DNA of 59,775 nt, counting the filler, from Catajapyx aquilonaris (lineage: Eukaryota): assembly GCA_000934665.2 (NCBI GenBank). It is 2 parts of 2 records of this genome, joined end to end, with 100 filler letters (N's around TTAATTAATTAA, not from the genome) between each part and the next. Parts side by side here need not be neighbours in the genome. Positions count along the whole stretch, not along the records: positions 1 to 29,844 come from JYFJ02004732.1; 1 more part is not named here. One strand, given 5' to 3'. Under the pieces are notes generated by a model that saw only the letters and a list, made by a program, of their open reading frames with translations, was not told where the DNA came from and searched no databases. Below, piece by piece: positions 1 to 11,838 of this stretch. The translations under genes were made by a program, and so were the position numbers. Each line of letters begins with the position of its first letter. Position 1 is the first letter of the stretch.

Positions 1-92
1 GTTTCCGGACACGGGTTCCTATGTCAAAAATACTTGTCTTGGTCCCCTCTATTATCCCTGAAAGTCTTTGCAGAGTTACAATAGACACCCTG
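1..92. mobile_element. Right end of a Tc1/mariner-type element or MITE, truncated by the window start
   Basis: Ends in GACACCCTG followed by TA (93-94), the reverse complement of the TA-CAGGGTG terminus also seen at 2885, 48544 and 58132. Confidence 0.55.
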
Positions 93-1456
93 TATAGTGC
101 CGTCCGTCGGCAGCGGGAGAAACTGACATGCTGGTGACTATCCCTGCCGCTAATAGAGGCACGTCGGGAGCCAAGACTGGGAGGGTGGGGGAAGGGGAGA
201 GCATGCGAAGGAGGGAGACCAGAGAAGAGGGGGTGGAGTAGTATGTGTCCGTATGGTTAAATAGGAAAGAGATACAGATTATTTGGGCTTCCTCGGCTAA
301 TAAGCGCAAGGTCACGGGCATTTTTCAGACTCGAAATTCGTGTGTCATTACGATTTCGCACAGTTATCTGCGATGCGCGTTGGCCGCGCTGTAAATGTGT
401 CAGTTGTTGGGTCATTCTTTTATCGATGCAATATTCCATGCGACGACGATGCATTAATAATAACAACTATTATTATTATAATAATTCATACTGCAAAACA
501 ATCCGATCGGATTTTTTTCCCTCATTTTTTAATCGACAATATTACCGGTAACAACAACAAAAGCCATGATCCGACCGTGGTCCGATTGCGATGTTCAAGT
601 CCCGCGTGAATGATGTCATTAAGTCCGAACAGCTGTCCGAACAACTGCAACACAAATGCACATCATTGTATTGCTTGATTTGTCGGTTATCAACAAACTC
701 CAATGTTACTGGCCCAAGTGGTTCTGAAGGTAAGAGGAAACCCAGTCCTCAGCAGCTAAAAGAAGGGGGTATCAGTTAGCATTTTATTTCATGTCTTTGT
801 GCACTTGCTAACGTCATGAAAATTTTTTGGGGTGCTCTTCAGTGTAGCTACCTGGATTTGTGTTACTTAATTACGGAAAATTGCGAAGCAAGGTAGTGAA
901 AATAAATTAATACCCAAGATGTATCACTAATTTTTTAAATTTCCACATCAAGCCCTGCCCACCATCACAACGCATGGATTCACATTTTTGAAGGATATAC
1001 TTCACACGTCATTATGAGATGGAATGGAAAAGCGCACAATATCAACACCTAACTTCGTGATTTATTTTCACTACTTTGCTTCGCAATTTTTTCGTAATTA
1101 AGTAACTCCAATCCAGGTAGCATCGATAAGAGAATGACCTGACAACCGACACATTTACAGCGCGGCTAACGCGCATCGCAGATAACTGCGCGAAATGGTA
1201 ATCATACGCAAATTCCGAGTCTGAAAAATGCCTGTGACCATGCGCTTATTAGCCGAGGAAACCCATGTCTCTCCTTCTCATTTAAACATCCGGACACATA
1301 CAGTACGACTCCCCCCCTCTTCTCTGGTCTCCCTCCTTCGCATGCTCTTCCCATCCCCCACCCTCCAAGTCTCGGCTCCTGACGTGCCTCTATTAGCGGC
1401 AGGGATCGTCACCAGCATGTCAGTTTCTCCTGCTGCCGATGGACGGCGCTATATAC
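92..1456. repeat. Long foldback/inverted-repeat element with ~400-bp arms; left arm interrupted by an insertion
   Basis: 92-429 is the reverse complement of 1120-1456, and 849-908 is the reverse complement of ~1060-1119. ORFs 76..321(-) and 1228..1491(+) are mirror translations of the two arms. Confidence 0.9.
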
Positions 1457-2484
1457 CCATCACCTTCGGACAATACATTTGGTGCCCATAGTACTGAAGC
1501 ACCTACATCAAAAATATTGCAAGTTGTGAAACACTGCGCATACGTTTATGGTTATGCCCAATATGTGATAGTGATGTTTTTACTTTGACCTTAATCATCA
1601 TGGCCCTCTGGCATCACACTGCACTAGGGACCTTTGTCATAATATCTATGGTTCAATTTAGCAAAATTAATAATTAAAATTGTTTTATTATTTTACATGG
1701 AATGGTAGTCATTTGAGCGAGCCATAAACTTGAAGCATAAATAATGACTGCTAATGGACCATTCTGTGGTCACACGTGACGTTTTTACGTGGTTTTTTTC
1801 ATAGGTGATGAAACTGGAAATTTTGACAGGCTTAATTTTTGGTTTTAAACATTACACTTCTTGCGTTCAAAATGCACAGGGGGTTTTTTTCGGCCACATG
1901 TAGCAATTAACAGCATGGCGACTTAATTTGTGTTGCCAATTTGTGTTGGTGCATGTTGATAGGAACTTTGATCAGCATAATTCATTGGATATAAATAATT
2001 AGTAGTTTAGTGCAACGGGAAAAAAGCTGACAGAGAAAGGCAAGATGGTTGATCAACATGTATGATGCAAAATGCTTTAATTGACTGTGACTCATTGATG
2101 TTCATTATTTTCAGACAAAACATCATCTGGCTGCTACCACAAAATGGACAACATGGATGAACCCCAACTACCACCACGCAACAGTTCAACAAGCTGAGCC
2201 TTCGCAAAAGTGTGAGGGTGTCGCTGGTGCATGAGGCGACTCCTGTGGGACTACTGGTCCCTGTTGCATGGAACTGTGGCCATTTACCTGCAGCGTGAAA
2301 CTACAGCTCAGATGGGGGTGAAATGGTGAACAGCATCATCACTTGGCTGAGACACAGGTATGGTGTAACAGTGTCAATGTTTCTTCCAGGTGAAAGTTGC
2401 TGTAATTACTGTAGCAACCTCATTATCATGTATTTAAAAAATATGGGTTGAAGACTTATGAACCCATGATTCACAATGCAGTAA

Positions 2485-2809
2485 AGGACATGGCACAAAA
2501 TGTATATGGGCCAGTGGCCTTCCATTCGATTTGCCTGAAAATGGGATATGTTGCAGCCTAGACCGTCCTGATCAATGTTCAATTGGGACATTTCGAGGTA
2601 GGGACGTACAGGGTGCATGCTAATGACCTCCGCAGGTCATATGGGGAGTATAGTAACTACTCCCCATATTATATTAGCAAGCTCCCTGTACGTCCTACCT
2701 CGAAATGTCCCCATCCAACATTGATCAGGACCGTCTGGGCTACCACACATCCCATTTTCAGTCAAATCAAACGGAAGGCCACTGGCCTACACATTGTGTG
2801 CCATGTCCT
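2485..2809. mobile_element. Palindromic MITE, possibly Kolobok-like (degenerate TTAA flanks)
   Basis: AGGACATGGCACA...TGTGCCATGTCCT; the arms pair almost to the centre (ATGGGGAGTA-TAGTAAC-TACTCCCCAT). Flanks are GTAA and TTGA. Confidence 0.8.
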
Positions 2810-3040
2810 TTGAATAAAATTCGCAGCAGGAATCTGAATGACATTTTTTTAGTGTGGAAAGGTTGACCTTACCCACTATATGCATACAGGGTGATCCAGA
2901 ATAATTGCTTTTGCGATTTTTTCTCACGAAGCTGTATGTGATTGTGAGTTTTTGTCGAGGTTTTTGTGCATCATGGAAATCCAAATAGCGTGCTATGAGG
3001 ACTTGTCGAAGAATACGTTTTGCGGTGCTACAGTTTCAAC

Positions 3041-4079
3041 CAGGGTTGATAACCGAACCGAACCCTTGCTTAGTGAACCTGATAACGTCAGAGCCACTCC
3101 GGATCAGTAGAGCCGGGTCCGGAGCGAGCGTCGGAGCTTGGTTCGGGTTCGAGTGGGTTCGGGGGAGAGTGGAGCCAAAGTCGGAGCGGGTCCGGAGTTT
3201 GGTTGGGAGCTTGCCAGCTTGCCCGGGAGTTTGGTTCGGGCCAGCGCCACAGGAGTTGAACCCGGTTCCAGAGCGTGTTCGGAGCGGTTCACAGCCTGGT
3301 TAGGTCATACATACCAACTCAACGGGTGGAAAGGCAGAAAAACCAGTGGATTTACTCCAACGTATGCGTCATGTTGTCATGCTGCCAGAATGACATCTCC
3401 AAGACCCCCGATACAGGGTGTACCGCATATGTCACATTTTCATATCATACGCATTATTTTGGATGTCAGATTTTCATGTCATATGCATTTTTTAGATGTT
3501 ACATTTTCATGTCATACCCATTTGTTGGATGTCACAATATTATGTCATACCCAGTTTTTGGATGTCACATTTACATGTCATATGCATTTGTTGCATGCCA
3601 CATTTTTATGCCATATGCATTTTTGTACTTTACAATATCATGTTGTAAAATACAAAAAAATGCGTATGACATGAAGATGAGACATGCAAAAAATGGGAAT
3701 GACAAAAATGCAACATTTGCTGTGTACCCTGTATCGCGGGTGCTTGGAAATGTCATTCTCCCACCATGAAAACATGACTCATACGTAGAAGTAAATCCAC
3801 GGGTTTTTCTGCCTTTCCACCTGTTGAGTTGGTACTTGGTATGTATGACCTAACCAAGCTTTGAACCACTCCGAACCAGCTCCAGATCCATTGGCCTCAC
3901 CCAAACTCCGGAACAAGCTGGCAAGCTCCTAGCCAAACTCCAGACCCGTTCCGAACTTGGCTCCACTCGGCTCCTGATCCCACTCGAACCCGAACCACAC
4001 CCCGACGCTTGCTCTGGACCCGGCTCTACTGCTCCGGAGAAGATCTCGGAGCAAGGGTTCGGTTCAGTTAACAACCCTG
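3041..4079. mobile_element. hAT-like foldback non-autonomous element with 8-bp TSD
   Basis: Termini CAGGGTTG...CAACCCTG; TSD GTTTCAAC (3033-3040) / GTTGCAAC (4080-4087); ~400-bp inverted arms. Confidence 0.8.
3428..3625. repeat. ~33-bp tandem repeat (about 6 copies) in the centre of the foldback element
   Basis: Unit approximately GATGTCACATTTTCATGTCATA(C/T)(C/G)CATTT(G/T)TTG; 1-2 inverted copies follow at ~3652-3720. Confidence 0.85.
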
Positions 4080-4088
4080 GTTGCAACT

Positions 4089-4553
4089 CCATGCAACGGA
4101 CAGGGTAAAAACGAGCATGGGCAGATATGTTGAGCCTTCTGGCATTTATAGGATGTGTTGGTGACTTCTTGCGGATTATGAGCATGCGTGGTAGCCATTG
4201 GGCGAGACCTAATGGCGAGCTGAGCGTGCCCGCCCATATTCCACCAGGAAAAGTCATGCCAGTCTGAGTGTGTTGGTCGGATGAACTAAAGCAGAAGTGA
4301 GGACAGATGCTTGCAGCCAACGGTTGACATACGACATTAGTCATTGGCTAGTGGAGTGGATGGTCCGGAGATGTCATGTCTGAGCAAATGGTGTGGCGAT
4401 ATGATGGGCGGACACGCTCGGCTCACCACTCGGTCTCGTCCGACAGTTGCTGGGCCTGCGCGCAAGTTGCAAGTAGGCGCCTACACATCCTATAAAGTAG
4501 AGGAAGGGTGAACGTACCTGTACATGATTGTCTTGACACTGTTCTTCGCATGG
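4089..4553. repeat. Degenerate palindromic MITE
   Basis: TTTATAGGATGTGT / ACACATCCTATAAA and CTGAGCGTGCCCGCCCAT / ATGGGCGGACACGCTCGG are inverted pairs; pairing extends outward through CAGGGTAAAAAC (4101) / GTCTTGACACTG (4541). Confidence 0.7.
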
Positions 4554-5099
4554 CGTCGAAACTAGCATCTCAAAAGTTTTTTCTGAGTAGCCCTGGTACA
4601 ACAAGCAGTAAATACAGTACAATGGATTAGTGTTTAGCCAATTGGAATGGTTCGGATTTTAAAGTGTGCTACTTGCTGAGCATCATAGGTGCTGGAAAAA
4701 GCCTGTACTGGTGCAATGTCCTCATATCAATCCCAACCAAGTGCATAACTGGTCGGACAGGGTATCTAAAGTCCTGCCAGAGTGGCCATATGAATGCTAG
4801 GATATTGATCATGCAGTGTTGTGTTGCTTACCTTGGATTTTTACAAGGTCAACAGTTCCAGTAGAAATGAGCCAGTTGCTGTAGGGTTCATGTGTGGGAT
4901 GTTTGTGAGGTACAGAATTCTTGGAACCAAATTAATATATTTTAGTCTACAATTTTTACTGGGAATAGTGTCATTATAACATTTTAGTTGGTCATTTATA
5001 ATTTTTGGATGATGGGTTTTATTGCTTGGCGTTTTTCTGTCATGGTGAATGTGTGAGAGAGACTGAGAATTAAGGCGGACCCTCTTCTTTTCAGATTTC

Positions 5100-6700
5100 C
5101 AAGGACACCCCAACATGGCGTCGCATTTGGGTCAATTGAACTACATTCTCCCTTTCTTCAATAAGTCGCAAGCAATCTCACCTGCATGTGGACCAGGATG
5201 AAATTTAATTTGCAGAGCTTGAGATGGATCAGGGCAATTATATTCCCATTTAGTGAGACAAATTCTTGAGAAAGTCCTGTCCCGTCAGTGTTTCCTAATA
5301 ACCCGATAGCCACAGTTGCCGTGGATCCTACCCACTCAAAAGCCCTATTCAATACAGTCGCATTTGCTTGGTAATGGACAAAGTGAGGGCTTTGTAAAAA
5401 TAAGTACACATGAGGCAGCATACCAACCTTGCCCTGTGACTCGCATGTGTTTGTTATGGACAAAGGCAATGTTCCTGCATTTGTATGGAGGGACCTGATG
5501 GACGGCATGAGAAGGAGGCCTCTGGGACACTGGGGTGGGAAGGGCTTCAATCCCCTAACCATCAAGAGATCCCTTGCGGGGTGCTGGCGGGGACAACGTG
5601 AGGGTGGCAGTTGGGAAGAAGACCCATGGGCCTGGTTGCCGCCATCATTTGAGACGAACAGAAGTAGCCAGGGCTACAAATTACTCCAAGAGCAAGTCAC
5701 ACGTGGGGAATTCTCATGGGCTGGTTGGTCATGTTGTTTCCTCTGCATCTGTATCAATTCCTGTCTGCAGCTCTGACGTTCCAAGGTTGTTGAGAGGTCC
5801 TGGACCTTTCTTTTCTATTTTAATCCAAAGAAATGTTCCATGGAGCCGTCTAACACCTGCATTAATCTCATGAGGCCCTAAATTACTTCATTTCCATGCA
5901 GTCTGCTGAAGTGACTCCACGTGGATTATTCTCAGGGGAAGGAAATGGAAAATATTAGTAAAAAATTTTACCCTGGGGTTTTTAAAATATTTCCTCTACA
6001 GTCCATTGTAGATTGGGAAGGTGAAATCGCTGGTACTGTACTGTCCCTATGTCCATACCTGGTTGAAAAAATTCGGCTAGTCCATACCACTGTCGAGCCC
6101 TCCGCGTAATTGACTTTTTTACCTGAATTAGCTCGGAGAATCCGGAAGTTGTGGCTTACGCAGGTAAAATATTGGAATAAGTGTTGAGACAACCAAGAAG
6201 TTTTAAGTTCTAATTATTATTCAACACTTGTTACATAAGTATGCAACATGAATTACATTACACTTGTTACCAAACTTGGCAACTGATTTTACACATTAGT
6301 GTGCGGTTGTCGTGCCTCCTTACTCTTGCTGATTTGTCCATGGCGGGCAGCTTCCCGTCTGAGCAGGAGAAGGTCACGGCAGCTGGTAAATATGGTCATC
6401 ACTCGGTGTCTGGAATATTCGCCCGTCTACTGGTGGTCATCCTTCGTTGGCGGTTGGATGGTAATCAACGACGGCGTTGTGGTTGTTGGAACGTGGCTGC
6501 AGACATGTTGTGCCGAACGGGTTCGCTCGCACCAAAATGGGTGTAAGTGTGTAGGCGCTTACTGGTCATCGCACACTTGAAAGGGGGTTTGATTACTCTC
6601 GAGGTGACAGTTGAAGCTAAAATTACACGTTGGTGACCGCACCAACAAGTACTGCACAGTACATTGCAAGAATTCACACCCACTTCAGTCCAAAACTGGA
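5100..6700 (-). mobile_element. Possible degraded LTR-retrotransposon 5' end
   Basis: On the minus strand ...CTCGACA (6091) is followed by GTGGTATGGACTAGCC (TGG-initiated, PBS-like), then broken coiled-coil-like frames. No diagnostic protein motif was recognised. Confidence 0.25.
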
Positions 6701-8014
6701 GCTTAGATTAGCCACATCTTACTTCCAAAATAGGACCCACCCGACTCCTATTTCTCCGCTCCTGCCCGAAAAATCAGCCAGGCCAAAATAATCCCATTGG
6801 CTACCCATTAAATGTTACGTTACTCCTCACTGGCCATCACTGCCGATGCTTCAAGTAAGATGTCAAAATAATATTGATTGGCTGCCTGAAGAAATGACGT
6901 AGTGTACTAATCAGCTAACGTTAACAGTAAACCCTTGTTGCGGGCAAAAGCTCGCTCCCTACATCCCATCTTCCCATGTCGCAAGAATGTCGGGAGGGAG
7001 GCAAGCAATGTGGTATCGGATGCGCGTGGCAGAAACTGCATGATCAACAAAAGACGCTTAAAAAGGAGCTGGCTTCAAAGTGAAACCAGCCTGCTCAAGG
7101 CTATTTACTCTCCATGTTAAAAGTTACTCGACATTAAAACATGCATATTTTGGGGGGTTTCAGACCTTACTGGTGCCACACCTGCTGACCCACTTGCGGG
7201 CCAGCACATACCGCCCAAGTTGGGATCTGAGGTTCTTAATTTTTGTTTGATATTGGCAGGTGTGGTGTGGGCGTACACCCGATAAACAGATAACGCCCAT
7301 GTTTGTGTTGTATTCATCAATAACTCCTGGCCTAAGTACCCAAAAAGCCTGAACCCAAGTAGAGTGGTATAAGCCAAGACAGGCAGTTCAGTGTCTCCTT
7401 CCAAACTTGGTGTACTAAAAAATGTTCTTGAGAAAACTTGTGTGTGCAGTTATCACAGAAAATCTCAACATTTGCATGCATAACCATATGACAATGCGCA
7501 CTTACTGGTATTTGTCATCACGGACAATTGGACAAAAATTGGATGTGTAGCACATAGATGCCACCATCAATATTTTTCGCTGGAGTATCATAATGACGGC
7601 TGGCATCCTGGCTTTGCCAAACTCTCAATGCGTATGTTTTCAGTATCAGAGATGTGAGCCACTTCTCATATTTCTGTATACCGCTCATCTCCAACTGTGG
7701 GATGTTTGTCTCCAATTTGGTTTGTTATTTGGTGGTACCCCTGGCCCGTAGCCAGACGTTTTGGTTCAGGGGGGGCCAGAAGAAATTCTGGGGTGGCCCC
7801 TCCCCTCGCTCCACCATTGTTGATACCAGCAAGTGAGAAATGATAAGTAAAAATTGCCAAGGTGGATCTTTTTCACATTTTATTCACAACTTGATTAACA
7901 CTTATACACTCTCATTTCTATAATAGGGAAATTCAGCAGGCATTTGCTCTTGTAAGAGAGAGAGAGATTTTTTTGATGTTTGTATTTTAGATGTGCTGAC
8001 CCCTGTAAAATATT

Positions 8015-9204
8015 TTAAAAACTTCTGCACGTGTGCCAGTTTTCCTTCTCAGCACAATGACTACACATGAAAATGTCCTCAGTGTCGCTAGTGTACCATG
8101 GTAATGAAACATGCATTAGTAACACGTGGTCCACTTGGCTCCATTTTTGTCTTTCACGTCTGACGAGGGACAGAGGGATGGTTCTGTTGATTCTGCCCCA
8201 GATCCCTGTGCGACTGGGTTGGTGTAGAGCCTGTTGCTGAGGTGTTTGAAGTGGTAGAGCTGCAACTACTAGGTGAAGACATAAGTGCTTCGTCTGGTAT
8301 TGCATCTCTCTTGAGTGGATAAATTCCTGTGCAACGAAACCCGGATTGTATGGTCTCTGGGGTGAAGCTTGTTGTCATGGCAGGTGTGAACAGACTGTTG
8401 AAGTGAAGCCTCCCAGGCCTTGTCATCTACATTTCTCAGGCGAAATGCTTCAATTTCTTTTCTCCATGCACCTTTGAGGGAGCGGTACACAGTCATCCAG
8501 GGGCTGGAGGAGATGGCTGGTGTGGGGAGGCAGGGTCACAAGGAGCACCTCATTCGTCGCTGCATAGTCTAGGCCCTCTAGGGCATCAGGAGTTGGATGT
8601 GTGGTATGAGAATCCATTATGAGGGCAACAGGGCGAGAAGGAGGAATAGAAGCCACAAAGTGTTTTAGCCAATCAAGGAAGATGGGACCCTTAATCCATC
8701 CATTGTCAGAGGGCCTGATCAATGAATTTGGAAATGCTCCATCTGACAGTCCATCCAACATGCGCTTGCCGCTTGAAAATGACCAGGGGCGGAATGAAGT
8801 GTCCAACAGCATTGACACATGCCAGTACAGAGAACCCACCAATTCCAACCTGCCATTTTCCTTTCTGGACTAAATGAATGCTTTACTCCCGCTGCCACCA
8901 CCAGGTCATATGCAATACGCCGGATTCGGTTCACTGTGAGACCAAATCCCAGTTCTTGCATATTAATTATGTATGTGACCAGTTTGATTTCCACGTCACC
9001 AGGCAGTGCAAAGGGTCGACCCACCTTTAATGCTTGGTAAGAGCTTGGATCGTCTCCTGAAGTTCTCGTCTAGTTCAATTTCAGGGTGCTCCATGGAATG
9101 TCATACTCCTTGGCAGCCCTGTAGACAGTCCACTTCTCCACCATAACTTTCTTGACAGCTGCTTTCAGCTACCAGGACTCATACTTCCGGTTTTTCTTGT
9201 CCAT
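8015..9204 (-). pseudogene. pogo/Tigger-type transposase pseudogene (HTH_psq, CENP-B HTH, DDE_1, C-terminal PHD remnant)
   Basis: MDKKNRKY..LKAAVKKV..YRAAKEYDIPWSTL; GRPFALP..E.KLV.YI..MQELGFGLT; SDNGWI..FLDWLKHF..RPVALIMDSHTTH..LPPHTSHLLQPLD; IQSGFRCTGIYPL; W..C..C..YH...FMCSHC. Multiple stops and frameshifts. Confidence 0.9.
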
Positions 9205-9499
9205 TTTTTACTGTAAGATGTAGGGTATTACATCATTATATTCGGAAAGCCCTGCCCAAAAGAGTGTCCTCTTGCTCCCGCTTGAGCTTCCTAACGTATG
9301 AGTATATTCTTTTCGGCAGTTGTGGTTTGAGGTGTCTAATACCCAGCTCAAGTCGCAAGTAGTAGCCGGCCGCGCTATTCGGGAGAGCAAAATTTTTTTT
9401 AACAAACTAATTTTGAGCAATCTCCAAATTGTCCAAACATTGAGGTCCCCATACCGGAAGTGCATATGTCAGCGATAGTATTACCCTAGCTGTGAATAT

Positions 9500-9675
9500 T
9501 TTCATTGCCACCTTGAAATCCCGTAGTTTGAGTCTCAAAAGTGAGAGCTAAATGGCGTTTACAGCTGCTTTCGCTCTCTTGATAAAATGGTTCATTGTTC
9601 TGTGAAATTTCCCGTTGGAAAAAAAACAACGGGATCCCCAGATACGTATAATGGCTGCATTGCTTTTGCAATTGA
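9500..9675 (-). pseudogene. Non-LTR (LINE) reverse transcriptase C-terminal fragment
   Basis: YTYLGIPLF, then a frameshift, then SNGKF..HFIKRAKAAVNAI; this resembles the YxYLG motif and following helix of LINE RTs. Confidence 0.55.
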
Positions 9676-10249
9676 AGCAAGGGACATCTGGGATACAGAA
9701 ATAATTTAAATTACTTAATTTCTTTTCAAACTTGTATTGCTGCTCTGTCACAACCCCACTGCACCTGACAGCCGTTTCGCGTTGTTACGCTCTTCAGAGG
9801 TGCTAAATCGTGAGGGCTGTAACACTTGCACGTTGCACGTTGAGGATCCATCTTCCCCAGTGTGTGAACTGGGTATCCTCTCCTTAACAGTTGAAGGATA
9901 ATTTCAAAAGAAGCAGCAACTGTGCCATGGATCAAACTACATCTCTGTATTCATATAATAGTTGTCCTTGTACAATACCATCTAATATTGGGGTGGAATG
10001 ACAAGATTTGGGGGTAATATAGTGACAGCACAAGTAGGTTTGGTGTATAACAGGCATTCCAGCTGCTTAGCTTGCTAATCAATATCAAAAATATAATCTA
10101 TAAGGGACACCTTCCTACCCATTTCTTGAATTCATACATGCATCCTCATTGCATTTCTCCCCAAATCTTATAAAATGTAACTACTGCGCAGGTGTCCTGT
10201 ATAGGGGGCACTAGGCATATCTGGGTTAATCATGCCTGTATTTTCCGCC

Positions 10250-10870
10250 ACTTGCATTCAAATGCCGTTATACGCCTGCCGTTGCCACAAACGTTGTTGA
10301 CATAAGTGGCAATTCCAACCCACGACTTTGACGGCTTCCTCTCCTTAAGAAGATTGGGGCAAGGGAAGATTGCTAACTTCTTTTTTCGTTGCAAAGGAGT
10401 TTTCTTCTTCTTCTTCTCCTCTTCAAGTTGTCTTTTAATGGCCCCAATTTCTTCTCGATTCTTCATTTTGCACCCAATATAGTTTTCTGAAAAATTCTGA
10501 ATGACAAAAATTAGTCCCTACCACATATTTTTATTGCAACATTTTCTTAAGTGCATCCGCATACTTTGGAAGGGAATCATGGGGTGGGAGGCCCAAAACG
10601 TATACATACATGTACAAAATTCTAAAATTGCTACTTCATGCAGAATTTTGTACTTACAAGGAGTATTCTGGCATCTTTTTGCACACATCCTTTACAATTT
10701 GTCTGCGGATGTCAGCTGGCAATTCCTGTGTTCCGCTGGGGTTGTCACCATCTAGATATGCCTGGATGTCAGTACGAAATTTTGGTAGGGCAAATTTAAT
10801 AGGCCACTTTTTCAATGACAGGTCGTCTTGGCTGTGGTTTGCAGAACTGCAATTGATAGGAGAGAAATCC
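10250..10870 (-). pseudogene. SAMD3-like accessory gene fragment of a CMC/EnSpm-type element
   Basis: WPIKFALPKFRTDIQAYLD..IRRQIVKDVCKKMPEYSL followed by a GTAAGT donor; later PNLLKE..W..NGRR. Confidence 0.5.
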
Positions 10871-11481
10871 GTTTAGGTCCATGTTGTTTAGAGGTGAGCA
10901 TAATAGCAGTCCGAAATAGATCTACTAATACACGATGATATAGTACAGGCACCTGATAGAGCGCCATTTGCGGCTGTGAGCAAGAGTTGGCATTGACATG
11001 GCAACTGTACCTCGAGAAGCCAAATTGAATTCTTCTTGGCTATGACAAGTGCCCTTATGGACTGCTCAATAGTGTACGTGGGGCATAGTTAGGTCACTGT
11101 TCTGTCAATGATTTCAACAATTCGGTTGTGTCTAAGGCACACTCACCTTGCATGAAGAGGGCTTGGCACGTATTGCAGGTGCAGGAGTCTCAGGTGTGTC
11201 GGAAGGGGGAAGGGCATCACTTTTGTTGTTCTCGGCCAATTCCTCCTGTCTGTGAATTATTTAGCAGTTACTTGCATTCAGGTATAGGACAAGGTGGCTG
11301 CAAGAGTTCATTGTGAAGATGATGCCTTTGTCTTACCTCCTTCAGGTCCAGTTTCACTGTCATGAATATATTACAAATTCCCTTCTTATAAGCATCACTG
11401 TAATGGCAATTATAGTTGGCATTACAACAGTGGGGGTAAGCAAGGGTTTTAATGTACGTACAGCAGTGAAAGCAGACCTAT

Positions 11482-11637
11482 GACACTTGGTTTCACCAAT
11501 GTGGTTCTGTGAACCAGCTGTATGTCAATCAAATGTCATGATGGCAGCAAAATAATGTTGATTGACAGCTGTTGCCATGAGAGAGCTTAATTGAAACCTA
11601 GTTTCCGTTTAGTGACCCTGTTGGTGAAACCAAACCT
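11482..11637. mobile_element. Short MITE with PIF/Harbinger-like TIRs
   Basis: TTGGTTTCACCAA (11487) ... TTGGTGAAACCAA (11633) is a perfect 13-bp inverted repeat. Confidence 0.6.
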
Positions 11638-11838
11638 TCACAATAACTGTATAACATGTAATAAACACATGTGACTGTGTAGTACATGCAGCTACATTGC
11701 CAACACATTGTTTCCTCTTTTAATAAGCCCCAGATTGCTTCCCAAGTAAATGCAAATAATTCCAGCACTCAACATGCGCATACCTCTGTTCCACCACCTT
11801 GAGCCTTGAACATCCCTCTGGCAATGAGTCGTCGATGT

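Noticed and set aside
76..1491. Paralogous small ORFs 76..321(-) and 1228..1491(+)
   Set aside because: They are mirror translations of the two arms of an inverted repeat, with no domain evidence.
3428..3720. 33-bp repeats as a CRISPR-like array, and ORFs 3138..3674 and 3275..3769 as proteins
   Set aside because: Units are head-to-tail with no unique spacers, the context is eukaryotic with no cas genes, and the ORFs are just translations of the minisatellite.
4600..4835. A fifth degenerate palindrome
   Set aside because: Arm similarity is too weak to support by eye.
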